The notes: a model not told the origin generated them from the letters alone. Counted from the stretch's first letter, positions 18,732-28,349 are shown. The stretch is 64,000 nucleotides of DNA from Abditibacterium sp. (GCA_965246885.1 OZ251992.1:448001-512000), one strand, 5' to 3'. Program-made: numbers and translations.

Positions 18732-20024
18732 TTAACCGATGCGTTCGACCCCGCCCAGATACGGCCTGAGCGCGTCGGGAATCGAAACGCTCCCGTCCGC
18801 GTTCTGGTAGTTCTCCAGAATTGCCGCGAAAGTGCGGCCAACGGCCAAGCCGCTCCCGTTGAGCGTGTGCACGAACTCCGGCTTGCCCGGCTTGCCGTTC
18901 TCGTCGAGCGGGCGGAAGCGGATGTTGGAGCGGCGGGCTTGGAAGGACTCGAAGTTGGAGCAGGAACTAATCTCGCGGTAGGTGTTCTGCGACGGGAACC
19001 ACACTTCCGGGTCGTAGGACTTGGTCGCTTTGAAGCCCAAGTCGCCCGTCGCGTGTTCCATCGTGCGGAAAGGAAGACCGAGCTTTTCGAGGATGGACTC
19101 GGCGTGCGCGCGCAGTTGTTCGAGGGCTTCGTAGGAGTTGTCGGGCGCCACGAACCAGACCAACTCCACTTTGTCGAACTGGTGGACGCGAATCATGCCG
19201 CGCGTGTCGCGTCCGGCGCTGCCCGCTTCGGAGCGGAAGCAAGGCGAATAAGCGGCGTAGCGGACGGGCAATTGCGCGGCGTCGAACACTTCATCGCGGT
19301 GGAAGTCGGTGACGGGCACTTCGGCGGTCGGGATGAGCCACAAGTCTTCCCCGTTGATTTTGTAAGCGTCCTCGGCGAACTTGGGCAAAATCCCGGCGCC
19401 CTCCATCGCGCTCGAACGCACCAACACCGGCGGCAACAACTCCTCGTAGCCGTTCTCGCCGGTCTGCACATCGAGCATGAACGAAATTAGCGCCCTTTCC
19501 AAGCGGGCGCCCATGCCGCGCAGCACGTAAAAGCGCGCGCCGGAGGTTTTCGTGGCGCGCTCGAAGTCCACGATGCCGAGTTTTTCTCCCAGTTCGTAGT
19601 GCGGCAACGGCTCGAAATCGAACGCGCGCGGCGTTCCAAAACGGCGCACTTCGACGTTCTGTTCCTCGCCCTCGCCGACCGGGGCGGAGGGGTGATGGAT
19701 GTTGGGAATCCCCAGTAGCGCGGTTTGCAACTGCTCATCTAACTCGCGGGAGTTGCCCTCCAAGGCGCCGATTTGCTCGCCGACTTCGCGGCCCTCCTTA
19801 ACTAAGTCGTCGGCAGGCTCACCTGCTTTCTTGGCGCGCCCAACTTGGGCAGCGATCTCGTTGCGCCGCCGCTTGAGTTCCTCAATTTCGGCAGTCGCCC
19901 GCCTACGCGACTCATCGAGAGACATAAATCCGTCCACCAGCGCATCCGCGCCCTTGATGTTTTTATTGCGCAAGTGCGCCTTGACCAAATCCGGGTTGGC
20001 GCGCAGAAATCGAAGTTCCAGCAT
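18732..20024 (-). CDS. serS: Serine--tRNA ligase
   Basis: [41 protein letters not shown] and [11 protein letters not shown] motifs. Confidence 0.97.
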   Translation of the reverse strand: MLELRFLRANPDLVKAHLRNKNIKGADALVDGFMSLDESRRRATAEIEELKRRRNEIAAQVGRAKKAGEPADDLVKEGREVGEQIGALEGNSRELDEQLQTALLGIPNIHHPSAPVGEGEEQNVEVRRFGTPRAFDFEPLPHYELGEKLGIVDFERATKTSGARFYVLRGMGARLERALISFMLDVQTGENGYEELLPPVLVRSSAMEGAGILPKFAEDAYKINGEDLWLIPTAEVPVTDFHRDEVFDAAQLPVRYAAYSPCFRSEAGSAGRDTRGMIRVHQFDKVELVWFVAPDNSYEALEQLRAHAESILEKLGLPFRTMEHATGDLGFKATKSYDPEVWFPSQNTYREISSCSNFESFQARRSNIRFRPLDENGKPGKPEFVHTLNGSGLAVGRTFAAILENYQNADGSVSIPDALRPYLGGVERIG

Positions 20025-20057
20025 GATTGATGGGCGCCAGTGTAGGAAAATAGGGAG

Positions 20058-20990
20058 GTGCTTCCCTTCGACCCCCGAAAACCGCTCTTTGGATTCAAAG
20101 CCCGCGCGCCCCACGCTCGGCGGCGGATTCATTTGTTCGCCGACAAAACGGGCGTGTTCTTTCGCCCGCGAACGGCGCCCGCCGACTGGTGGGGTGGCTT
20201 TGCCGACGAGCGAATAACTCGACGGGCGATAAGACGTAAATGGTGGGCACGGGTGGTTGCGGGCCTATCGCAACCCATCGCCAAGAGTCATTTTTACCGC
20301 GTTTTTGATGTGTCCGCCCCCGATGCGTCGGGGCGGACATGGCGCATTTGGTGGCGCCCCGATGAATCGTGGTTGGAGCCGCTCGACCAAAAACACGGAC
20401 AACTGGGCGCGTTCCTCAGGCCGCGCCCGTCGCAGTTTCATTTGTGGAGGACGCCAACAGCCACGCTCAAGGAGCATTTTCTGAAGGAGTGGGCCGACGC
20501 CGGGAGCGACGCGCGCGACGCGATGGGCTGGTGCGATTTGAACATGGAAGAGCGGCAATCCCGCGCGCTACGCTGGGCCGAGGGCGACTTAGCGACGCTG
20601 CGGCAACTGCTGGAAGCGGCCATGAAAGCGGCGGTGTGGGATGAGCCACCCAAATCCACGCGGTCGCTTTCGGCGGTTTGGCTCCACAAACGCGCGATGC
20701 AACTCGACATCACATGGCAATCTTCGCCCGCGTTTCAGACTCTCCTCCCGCCGCTCGTTCCCGTTATCGAAGCGCGCTTTCGCAGCTTCTATGACCTCCC
20801 GGACAAAGCGCGCTTGAATTGGGGTTTTCCTTGGTTCCAAGAGGACGTTCACTGCAATTTCGATGTGTGTCTCCAAGTTGCGGAACCAACGGCCCACGAG
20901 CGCCTCGAAGCCGCGCTTTTCCTGCGCGAGTGGTTGCGCCAAAACGCGCCGGATTTGTTGCCCGACTGGTTTCCGGGTGACGTTGGATAA
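20058..20990 (+). CDS. Hypothetical Trp-rich protein
   Basis: GGGAG directly before a GTG start; 310-aa ORF filling the intergenic space; no recognised domain. Confidence 0.6.
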   Translation: MLPFDPRKPLFGFKARAPHARRRIHLFADKTGVFFRPRTAPADWWGGFADERITRRAIRRKWWARVVAGLSQPIAKSHFYRVFDVSAPDASGRTWRIWWRPDESWLEPLDQKHGQLGAFLRPRPSQFHLWRTPTATLKEHFLKEWADAGSDARDAMGWCDLNMEERQSRALRWAEGDLATLRQLLEAAMKAAVWDEPPKSTRSLSAVWLHKRAMQLDITWQSSPAFQTLLPPLVPVIEARFRSFYDLPDKARLNWGFPWFQEDVHCNFDVCLQVAEPTAHERLEAALFLREWLRQNAPDLLPDWFPGDVG

Positions 20991-20993
20991 GAG

Positions 20994-21596
20994 CTACTCG
21001 GTGCCTTCGGGTAGGTCGTCGAAGCGGCGGTAGCAGTCGCCCACGCGGAACTGGATGCCGAGAGCCGCGAGTTGCACGCGGGCGTCGCGCGTCAGATGGC
21101 GGGTGAGGCGGGGTTCTTCGTTGGAGTGTTGCGGGCGGCTCCAGTGGTCGAGGCGGATTTTGTCCTGCCATAAGACGAGGTAATCGCACAGCGAAGGGAG
21201 CAAGAAATAGTTCGTCCGCTTGGTCGAGAGGTCAATGTTCTTCGTGGAAGGCGACAGCACTTCCACTAAAACGAGCGGCTCCAACAGGGTGCGCTCGTAT
21301 TCGCGGTCGAAGTCGGCGTCCTCGCAATAGACCACGACATCGGGGTAAGCGTCCATGTCGGCGTCCTCGACCCGCACCAGTTGGTCGCTGATTACAGCAA
21401 AGCAGGAAGTGTCTACTAATGCAGTATCCAGAACTCGCCCAACAGCCATGATAATTCTTGCATGACTGGGACTGCCCCCGGCCATTGCGACGATGTATCC
21501 GTTGAAGAACTCGTGGCGAACCGGTGAGTCGCGTTCGAGCCGATAAAAGTCGGCGCGCGTGTGGACGGGGAACTCGATCTGGCGGGCGGCGCTCAT
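20994..21596 (-). CDS. Uma2 family endonuclease-like protein
   Basis: HEFFNGYIVAMAGGSPSH, YPDVVV and VEVLSPST motifs. Confidence 0.9.
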   Translation of the reverse strand: MSAARQIEFPVHTRADFYRLERDSPVRHEFFNGYIVAMAGGSPSHARIIMAVGRVLDTALVDTSCFAVISDQLVRVEDADMDAYPDVVVYCEDADFDREYERTLLEPLVLVEVLSPSTKNIDLSTKRTNYFLLPSLCDYLVLWQDKIRLDHWSRPQHSNEEPRLTRHLTRDARVQLAALGIQFRVGDCYRRFDDLPEGTE

Positions 21597-21653
21597 AAGC
21601 AACAGTTTAAGCCGCGCCCGCGCATGGCAAAGCGCACCTAAACTCGCGCGTCG

Positions 21654-22202
21654 ATGAGCGAATCGAACCCTTGGACAACGAAAAGCACGCGCCACATTTA
21701 CGAGAATCCTTGGATTTCCGTGCGCGAGGATGCCGTCATCACGCCCGGTGGAAGCGACGGGATTTATGGCGTGGTTTCGATGAAGGGCCGCGCGGTCGGC
21801 GTCGTGCCGCTCCATGACGACGGGACGGTCACGCTCGTCGGCCAATGGCGCTACACGCTGGGCCAATACAGTTGGGAAATCCCCGAAGGCGGCTGCCCGC
21901 CCGACGAAGCGCCCATCGAAGCCGCGCGCCGCGAACTGCGGGAAGAGACCGGCCTGCTCGCGGCAATGCTCCACCCGCTTGGCGGAGAGGTTCACCTGTC
22001 CAATTCCGTCACCGACGAACGCGGGTATCTCTTCGTCGCAACCGGGTTATTGCAAGCCAAGGCCGCGCCCGAAGACACCGAACAAATCGCAACGCGCCGC
22101 CTGCCCCTGTCGGAGGCCGTCGAGATGGTCGTGCGCGGGGAGATTGGGGATAGTTTGAGCGTCATGGCGCTGCTGCTGTTGGAGCGGCGAACCAACGCCT
22201 AA
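21654..22202 (+). CDS. NUDIX hydrolase (ADP-ribose pyrophosphatase-like)
   Basis: WEIPEGG...AARRELREETG Nudix box. Confidence 0.92.
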   Translation: MSESNPWTTKSTRHIYENPWISVREDAVITPGGSDGIYGVVSMKGRAVGVVPLHDDGTVTLVGQWRYTLGQYSWEIPEGGCPPDEAPIEAARRELREETGLLAAMLHPLGGEVHLSNSVTDERGYLFVATGLLQAKAAPEDTEQIATRRLPLSEAVEMVVRGEIGDSLSVMALLLLERRTNA

Positions 22203-22300
22203 AGACGCCGCAAAACAAACGAAGCCGACCTTCGTCGGCTGACGCCGTTGGTTGTAGCCCGCAAAGGCGGGCTTGGTTTGGGTTGCGGCGTCTTTAGGCG
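22196..22300. repeat. REPIN-like palindrome
   Basis: Arms cgcctaaagacgccgcaa / ttgcggcgtctttaggcg with inner hairpins agccgaccttcgtcggct and agcccgcaaaggcgggct. Confidence 0.75.
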
Positions 22301-22306
22301 CTGGCT

Positions 22307-22627
22307 TTATCTGCCCCGAACAAACGTCGGGATGGCCAACACCAGCACAATGGCGGACGGGTCGAGCAGCCAAACCCACAGCGCGTGAATGCGAAGCGGC
22401 GCGAAAACGAGGCAACCGAGCAGGAGCGGCACGCCAAACGAAGCGCCCATAGAACTCCATTTGCCCGAACCCTTGCGGGCTTCAAGGGAATTAAAGCGAA
22501 GAATAAGCCAATTCATCGTCGCCAAGAACGCGCCAAAAAGCCACAACGGACACGCGACAATGAATCCTGCCGCCTCGCGCGTCGTGCAACCCAGCAGGTG
22601 GGCGAGGGCGTGCGTGAGGGCGGTCAC
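22307..22627 (-). CDS. Small hypothetical membrane protein
   Basis: GTG start overlaps the upstream stop; three hydrophobic segments. Confidence 0.5.
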   Translation of the reverse strand: MTALTHALAHLLGCTTREAAGFIVACPLWLFGAFLATMNWLILRFNSLEARKGSGKWSSMGASFGVPLLLGCLVFAPLRIHALWVWLLDPSAIVLVLAIPTFVRGR

Positions 22628-23136
22628 TCCGCTTTCTCCGCTTTTTCTTCCTGCGCGCGCAACACCGACGCGATGAGGCGTTCCATCGTGGCGCGCATTT
22701 CGGGGTCTTCGATTTGTCCGGCGAGTTCGCGGCCCCGGCGCGCGGCGGCGTCGTTGGTGGGGACGTGCAGAGCGACTTCGCGCTTGTTCGGCTGAGCGGG
22801 AAAAGTGGGGTCTTCCCAGTTGTCCTCGACGCTGGCTTTGCGCTTGCCGGGGGGGAGCGTGACGCGCACGCGTAGCTTCTGCACGATGGGCTTGCGCAAG
22901 CGCCCGTTGAGGCGCGCGATGATGCGGCCTTCGAGAAAGTGAACCTCGTGCGACCACTGCGGACTGCGCGCGCGGATGTAGAGAATTCCGCCCGTGAAGC
23001 GTTCGGCGAGCGTGTTGGCGGCCACCAAAGGCCCCGCGACTTCCTTCCACAATTCCACCGCCATTTGTTCCAATACCTTGCCGCGCCAGCCGCGCTCGTC
23101 CAAGACGCTGTTGACAATATTGCTCACGTTGTCCAT
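22624..23136 (-). CDS. DUF721 / DciA family protein
   Basis: W..VAG...A.NT...GILYI...SPQWSHE pattern; located downstream of recF. Confidence 0.85.
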   Translation of the reverse strand: MDNVSNIVNSVLDERGWRGKVLEQMAVELWKEVAGPLVAANTLAERFTGGILYIRARSPQWSHEVHFLEGRIIARLNGRLRKPIVQKLRVRVTLPPGKRKASVEDNWEDPTFPAQPNKREVALHVPTNDAAARRGRELAGQIEDPEMRATMERLIASVLRAQEEKAEKAE

Positions 23137-23160
23137 TGAATCACCTCGGTTTCACTCGAT

Positions 23161-23169
23161 TTATCCACA
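23161..23169 (+). promoter_or_regulatory. Consensus DnaA box
   Basis: TTATCCACA between recF and the DUF721 gene. Confidence 0.65.
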
Positions 23170-23194
23170 GGTGGGCATAAAGCTATGGAAAACT

Positions 23195-24337
23195 CTACTC
23201 CACCTTCCCGCCCTCCACTCGAAAGTGCGCGGCGACTTCCGCTAAGAATGTCGCATCGGTCGCGGTTACGATGCTCTGCGAAAACGACTTCGCTTCGCCT
23301 AACAATAACCCTCTGCGCGTCGCGTCCAACTCCGATAACGCATCATCTAACAGCAGTATCGGATCATCTCCTAAGGTATCCCGCACCCAATGCGCAAGCG
23401 CGATTTTAAGCGACAAAACCGCCAACCGCCCCTGCCCTTGCGAGCCGTAGCGCCGTAAATCCACGCCGCCCAGTTTGAAGGAGAACTCGTCGCGGTGCGG
23501 CCCGCTTTGTGTGGAAGCGCGGCGAAAGTCGTCGCGGTGGTCGTCCTCCAGAGAACTCAAAAATAAGCGCGAGAACTCTTCCTCGCTCCCGCGCCGCCAA
23601 GCCGACAGTCCCGGCGCATATTCGATTTCAAACGGCCCGTCCAACCCTGATAAGCGCGCGTGCGTTTCGGCGAGGAGAGGGGCGACTTCGACAAAGAACT
23701 GGTTGCGCGCCGCCAACACCCGCGCGCCGTAGCTCACCAAAGCGCGGTTGAGTTCGCCCAACGAGCCGTATTTCTCCTCGGTTTCGCGGCTTTTGGGGTT
23801 GTCGAGCGACGCCTTGATGTAGGCGTTGCGCTGCTGCAAAGCGCGCCGATAGCGGGCGATGTCCGAGAAGTAGGCGGGCCAGATTTTGCCCAGTTCGAGG
23901 TTCAAAAAGCGCCGCCGCTCTTCGGGTTCGCCCGACACGAGCGCCAAGTCGTGCGGGAAAAACGACACCACCTGCAACTGCCCCAGCCACCCCGCCACCG
24001 CCGACTGCGGCACGCCGCCCACCTTCATTTCGCGCTCGACCTTTTGCCCCTCGACGCGCCAACTGTATTCCAAGCGCCGCACATCCGCCGCCCGGTTCGG
24101 CGGCGGCGGCAACTCCACTTCCGCGCCCAACCGCGCCGCGCGCTCGTTCCACCGGATCAATTCCCGGTCGCGCTCCACGAGCGGCGATTTCGTCGTCGCC
24201 AACACGCACACCGCCTCCAACAAGTTCGTCTTCCCCTGCCCGTTATCCCCCGTAAACGCCACCAACCCGGCGGGCAACTGTAGCTCCTGCGCGGCGTAGT
24301 TGCGGAAATTGGCGAGGCGGAGGGAGCGGACGACCAT
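23195..24337 (-). CDS. recF: DNA replication/repair protein RecF
   Basis: NFRNY, GDNGQGKTNLLEA, GPHRDE, GSQGQ and LLLDDALSELD motifs. Confidence 0.95.
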   Translation of the reverse strand: MVVRSLRLANFRNYAAQELQLPAGLVAFTGDNGQGKTNLLEAVCVLATTKSPLVERDRELIRWNERAARLGAEVELPPPPNRAADVRRLEYSWRVEGQKVEREMKVGGVPQSAVAGWLGQLQVVSFFPHDLALVSGEPEERRRFLNLELGKIWPAYFSDIARYRRALQQRNAYIKASLDNPKSRETEEKYGSLGELNRALVSYGARVLAARNQFFVEVAPLLAETHARLSGLDGPFEIEYAPGLSAWRRGSEEEFSRLFLSSLEDDHRDDFRRASTQSGPHRDEFSFKLGGVDLRRYGSQGQGRLAVLSLKIALAHWVRDTLGDDPILLLDDALSELDATRRGLLLGEAKSFSQSIVTATDATFLAEVAAHFRVEGGKVE

Positions 24338-24377
24338 GTGAGGGAACGCGGAAAAAGAACGAACAGCGAAGTGGTGC

Positions 24378-24740
24378 TTAACGATGCGTCTTCGCTTTGT
24401 TGATGGACGCAACAACGATGGCGACCAACTCGTTGGCTTCGGCGCGCAGGTCAAAAGCAGTTTCAGGCTGAATCAGACCGCGCTTTTCGAGAAGGTCAAG
24501 CCAGAACTCCGACTCGTCCGCCTCTTCCACCGTGCCCATTTTGGAAATAAAATCGGCGTTCGATTTAGCGCGTTTCGCGGCTCGCGTATTGGCACCAACA
24601 GACGTGGCACAACGAAGCAACTGTTTCCCCAACACATCCGCCGTCCGGGTGCGTGGCAACTGCTCGACAACCTCAATGATATCCAACGCAAACAATTTAG
24701 TGCGGTCTCGCAAGTCAAAGGGCTTCTCTTCGCGGTTCAT
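24378..24740 (-). CDS. Four-helix bundle protein (23S rRNA IVS-protein family)
   Basis: DLRDRTK.FA, KQLLRCATSVGAN, ADFISK and EEADES.FWL motifs. Confidence 0.9.
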   Translation of the reverse strand: MNREEKPFDLRDRTKLFALDIIEVVEQLPRTRTADVLGKQLLRCATSVGANTRAAKRAKSNADFISKMGTVEEADESEFWLDLLEKRGLIQPETAFDLRAEANELVAIVVASINKAKTHR

Positions 24741-24782
24741 AATTTCCTTTTCCGCGTTCCGGTTTCTGACTTCCGCGTTGGG

Positions 24783-25877
24783 CTACGCTTGCATCGGCAT
24801 GACGATGTAAATGAACCCCTCGCCCGCTCGCAGGATGCCGGGGTTGAGGGCGCCGTTGAGTTCGAGGGTCAGTTGGTCGTCGGGGATGAGGCCCAACACT
24901 TCCATGAGGTATTTGGCGTTGAAGGCGATTTGCAATTCGGAGCCGTCCATCGCAATCGGGATTTCCTCGTAGGTTTGGCCCGCTTCGTTCGATTCGGCGT
25001 TCATCGAAAGCGTGGCGTTGTTGAACTTGCACACCATTTTCTGGTTGGCCGAGCGCGACACGATGTCCACGCGGCGAACGGCTCCCAGCCATTCTTCACG
25101 CTCGAAGGAGACTTTGCGCTCGGTCGCTTTGGGGATGACTTTCTCGTAATTGGGGAATTGGCCGTCCAACACGCGCGAAACGAGCGTCGCCGACTCCGAC
25201 GAGAACTGCACCTGACTCGAACCGAAGCGGATCGTGACCATGTCCTCGGCGCCGCGCCCCAACACGCGCTCCAATTCGATGAGCGGCTTGGCCGGAACGA
25301 TGGCCGAAACGGGAGTCGCAACAGCTTCGCTGAGAAGTGTTTGCTTCCACGCCAAGCGGTGCGTATCGGTCGCCACAAGCGTCAAGGTGTCGCCGCGCGC
25401 CTCGAACAGGACGCCCATCAGAATCGAGCGCGACTCTTCTTTGCTGGCCGCGAACGCGGTCATGCGAATCATTTCCTTGAGCGTCGCGGCGGACAGCGTT
25501 ATCTCGGTGCCCTGCGTCACTTCCGGCACGACCGGGAAATCTTCGGCGGGCGCGCTCATAATCGTGAACCGCGAATGACCAGAGCGCACCACGACCTTCC
25601 CATCGCCGCCTTCAAGCGTCACGGGGGCATCGGGCAGCTTGGAAACGTAGTCGCTCAGGACGGAAGCGGGCAGCGCGACCTCGCCGTTCTCGGACACCGT
25701 CGCGGGAAGGGCGCACCGGACGAAAGTATCGAGGTCGGTGGCCGACAGCTTGATGCGGTCGTCGGCGGTCTGGAGCAAGACGTGCGTCAAAATCGGCAGG
25801 GTATTGCGCGACGACACGGCGCGACCGGCGACGCCGAGGGCTTGGGCGAGATACGAGCGTTCACAGGTAACTTTCAT
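24783..25877 (-). CDS. dnaN: DNA polymerase III beta sliding clamp
   Basis: TLPIL, ATDL, ATDTHRLA, SRVLDGQFPNY and IVMPMQ motifs. Confidence 0.97.
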   Translation of the reverse strand: MKVTCERSYLAQALGVAGRAVSSRNTLPILTHVLLQTADDRIKLSATDLDTFVRCALPATVSENGEVALPASVLSDYVSKLPDAPVTLEGGDGKVVVRSGHSRFTIMSAPAEDFPVVPEVTQGTEITLSAATLKEMIRMTAFAASKEESRSILMGVLFEARGDTLTLVATDTHRLAWKQTLLSEAVATPVSAIVPAKPLIELERVLGRGAEDMVTIRFGSSQVQFSSESATLVSRVLDGQFPNYEKVIPKATERKVSFEREEWLGAVRRVDIVSRSANQKMVCKFNNATLSMNAESNEAGQTYEEIPIAMDGSELQIAFNAKYLMEVLGLIPDDQLTLELNGALNPGILRAGEGFIYIVMPMQA

Positions 25878-25916
25878 GGCGACGATATGGGTAGATTTTA
25901 CCCCGATGGAAAAGTC

Positions 25917-26010
25917 GGGGGATAACTCAGGTATAACTCGGCCCAATTGGGTAAAACCGGGTCAAATTAGGGATAACTCTGGGGATAAGCGGTAATTGTA
26001 GGGATAAGTC
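25917..26010 (-). promoter_or_regulatory. Array of DnaA-box-like 9-mers upstream of dnaN
   Basis: Minus strand TTATCCCCC, TTATACCTG, TTATCCCTA, TTATCCCCA and TTATCCCTA. Confidence 0.65.
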
Positions 26011-26030
26011 GCTGCTTTTTCCCCCTCCCA

Positions 26031-26477
26031 CTATTTCACTTCGAGCAATTCGACGGTAAAAATCAGCGTCGCGCCCGGCGGAATGACGCCACCCGCGCCT
26101 TGGTCGCCGTAGCCCAACGCCGGGGGAATGACGAGTTTGCGCTTGCCGCCAACTTTCATGCCCGCGACGCCTTCGTCCCAGCCAGCGATGACTCGGTGAG
26201 CGCCCAGTGGGAAATCGAACGGCTTTTTCCCATAGCTTTGGTCGAACAGTTGGCCGTTGGTGAGGGTGCCCCGATAGTTCACCGTCACAATTTTCCCGGC
26301 CACCGCTTTGGCGCCCATCCCAATTTTCAGGTCGGTGATCTTCAACCCCGAAGCCGTCGTGCGCGTTTTGGGGCCGGGTTTATGCGTCGGTTTCTTGGCG
26401 GGCTTGGAAAAAGCGGCGACGGGAGATAACGCCAGCAACCCGGCGAGCAGAGGTAAAGAACGAAAAGCGGATTTCAT
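26031..26477 (-). CDS. Exported FKBP-type peptidyl-prolyl isomerase
   Basis: VNYRGTL, VIAGWDEGV, IPPALGYG and IPPGATLIFTVELL; signal peptide. Confidence 0.93.
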   Translation of the reverse strand: MKSAFRSLPLLAGLLALSPVAAFSKPAKKPTHKPGPKTRTTASGLKITDLKIGMGAKAVAGKIVTVNYRGTLTNGQLFDQSYGKKPFDFPLGAHRVIAGWDEGVAGMKVGGKRKLVIPPALGYGDQGAGGVIPPGATLIFTVELLEVK

Positions 26478-26629
26478 GGGGGCGCAGTTTAAACCGCAAG
26501 CCGACATGGGGCCACCCCTATTTTTGTGGGCCGCTCCCATTGCGCCTTTCTCGCTTTGCGATAAAGCTGTCCCAAAGCGAAGCGCTGTCTTGGAGAGAGA
26601 ATTCATACCAAGTCGAGTTTTCCCTATGT

Positions 26630-26885
26630 TTTGAAATTTTTCGTCGTGGCTTTAGTACTTTAAATTTATTTAAAATACCTGGTTATTATTATTAGGGGCA
26701 GGGAAAAAGGGATAACTTCTAATGTCAATGCACGCGGCGGCCATATAAAGCCAACATACGCTGATTTTTCCGCCGAAAGTTATCCACATGGCATGGGGAT
26801 AAATCGGGCACTTATCCCCGTTATCCATAGGGGTCGAAAGTTAGCAAGAGTTGTTCCTTCCCTGTCCATAGGTTTATCCCCATGC
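26630..26885. other. Chromosomal replication origin (oriC)
   Basis: Most AT-rich stretch seen (26650-26695); TTATCCACA 26780-26788, TTATCCCCA 26794-26802 (minus) and 26874-26882, TTATCCCCG 26812, TTATCCATA 26821; minus-strand box-box-CCCC-TAA x4. Confidence 0.8.
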
Positions 26886-27020
26886 GAGGAGGAAAACTAT
26901 TCTTCTAATCCTATTGGTAATTCGCCGCCTTGGGCGAGCAATTTATCGGATGTAAATTGCTCGCCCAAGTCCATTTAACCCTCATCACCGCACAGCCGGA
27001 GCGCGGGAGTCAGAGGAGTC

Positions 27021-27146
27021 GGTAATTCTTCGGAAGACCGATGTAGCTCCTTGGAAGAACGGACTACTTCCTCCAAAGAAGTAAGGAATTCAAGCGGAGA
27101 ACTACCTACTTTGTCGGGTGGGAGCAGTAGTTCTTGCTCTAAGTAG
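27021..27146. repeat. Degenerate 21-nt periodic tract (6 units)
   Basis: Units start ggtaattc, tgtagctc, actacttc, aggaattc, cctacttt and agtagttc at 21-nt spacing. Confidence 0.6.
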
Positions 27147-27322
27147 GTAATTCTGCGCTCGCTTTGCGTCCGTGAATCGAAGACAGGAGAAATTTTCGCT
27201 CCGCCCTTGGTCGCCAACTCTTCGGCGCGCAGAATTCTTCGCCACATTTTGCTTCGAGGTACGCATCTTGAGTCAAACTGGCCCCTCGAATCCCGCTTTT
27301 CAAAGCGGGAATTAATACCACC

Positions 27323-28303
27323 ATGACACACACGACAACTCTTCCCACACGCCCCTTGGGGCGCTCTGGCTTCGATGTTCCCGTCCTCACCTTCGGTTGC
27401 TGGCAGGCGGGCGGCTCCGAATGGAGCGACACCAATGACGATGACTCACTCGCCGCCATGCGCGCCGCGTTTGAGGCTGGCATTACTTTCTTCGACACCG
27501 CTGAGGTTTATGGCAGCGGCCATTCCGAGGAATTATTGGGCCGTTTCATCGGAGAAGTGGGCCGCGATTCCATCCGCGTCACTACCAAAGTCGGCGCGGG
27601 CAATCTCGCGGGCGATTTGGTCAAAACCGCCTGTCACGACTCGCTCCGACGCATGGGACTGGAGCGTGTGGATTTATATCAAATTCACTGGCCCGCCGGA
27701 ACGTGGGGTTCGCCCGTTATTCCCATAGAGGAAACCATGACGGCGCTCCTTGAACTCAAAAACGAGGGAAAAATTGGCGCTATCGGTGTTTCCAACTTCA
27801 CTAAAGAGCAGATCGCCGAAGCTGCTCAGTTTGGACGCATCGACTCATTGCAACCGCCCTACTCGCTCTTTTTTCAACCCTTCGTGCAAAACGGCACAGT
27901 CCAGTATTGCCAGCAGAACGATATCGCCGTCATCCCCTACTCGCCCCTCGCGCAGGGCCTCGTGAGCGGCAAATTTACCCTTTCCAACCGCCCGACGGAC
28001 AACCGTGCCGGAAATCACCTCTTCAAAGACCCGACATACGGCTTCGCGCTTGATGCTGTCGAGGAACTCAAGTCCATTGCCGGGAAGTATGGCGCCACCA
28101 CGCTGCAATTGGCCCTCGCGTGGCTCATCGCGCAACCCGGTGTCACCAGCCCCATAGTCGGAGCGCGCACGCCGGGACAAATCCAAGGCGCCGCCAAAGC
28201 CGCCGAACTTCGTTTGGAAGACGCCGACATCGCGGCCATCTCGGCCATAGCCAAACCCGTATTGGACTCGTTGCCCGACGCCAAGACGAACCCTTGGATG
28301 TAG
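27323..28303 (+). CDS. Aldo/keto reductase
   Basis: FFDTAEVYGSGHSEE, DLYQIHWP, IGVSNF and YSPLAQG motifs. Confidence 0.94.
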   Translation: MTHTTTLPTRPLGRSGFDVPVLTFGCWQAGGSEWSDTNDDDSLAAMRAAFEAGITFFDTAEVYGSGHSEELLGRFIGEVGRDSIRVTTKVGAGNLAGDLVKTACHDSLRRMGLERVDLYQIHWPAGTWGSPVIPIEETMTALLELKNEGKIGAIGVSNFTKEQIAEAAQFGRIDSLQPPYSLFFQPFVQNGTVQYCQQNDIAVIPYSPLAQGLVSGKFTLSNRPTDNRAGNHLFKDPTYGFALDAVEELKSIAGKYGATTLQLALAWLIAQPGVTSPIVGARTPGQIQGAAKAAELRLEDADIAAISAIAKPVLDSLPDAKTNPWM

Positions 28304-28317
28304 TTCTTTCATCGAAC

Positions 28318-28349
28318 AAACCGCGCGGCACCTTGCGCCGCGCGGTTTT
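28318..28349 (+). terminator. Hairpin, probable terminator
   Basis: aaaccgcgcggc...gccgcgcggtttt. Confidence 0.55.

Noticed and set aside
20025..20132. T-box leader for serS
   Set aside because: No T-box 14-mer or terminator seen; a divergent ORF starts 33 bp away
20994..21596. Uma2 nuclease as an anti-phage defence system
   Set aside because: Stand-alone member of a commonly expanded family with no defence-associated neighbours
24378..24740. Diversity-generating retroelement (Avd-like four-helix protein)
   Set aside because: No reverse transcriptase or template/variable repeat pair seen
26975..27331. 118-aa minus-strand ORF next to oriC
   Set aside because: It runs through the 21-nt periodic tract, overlaps the AKR start and has atypical composition; probably non-coding
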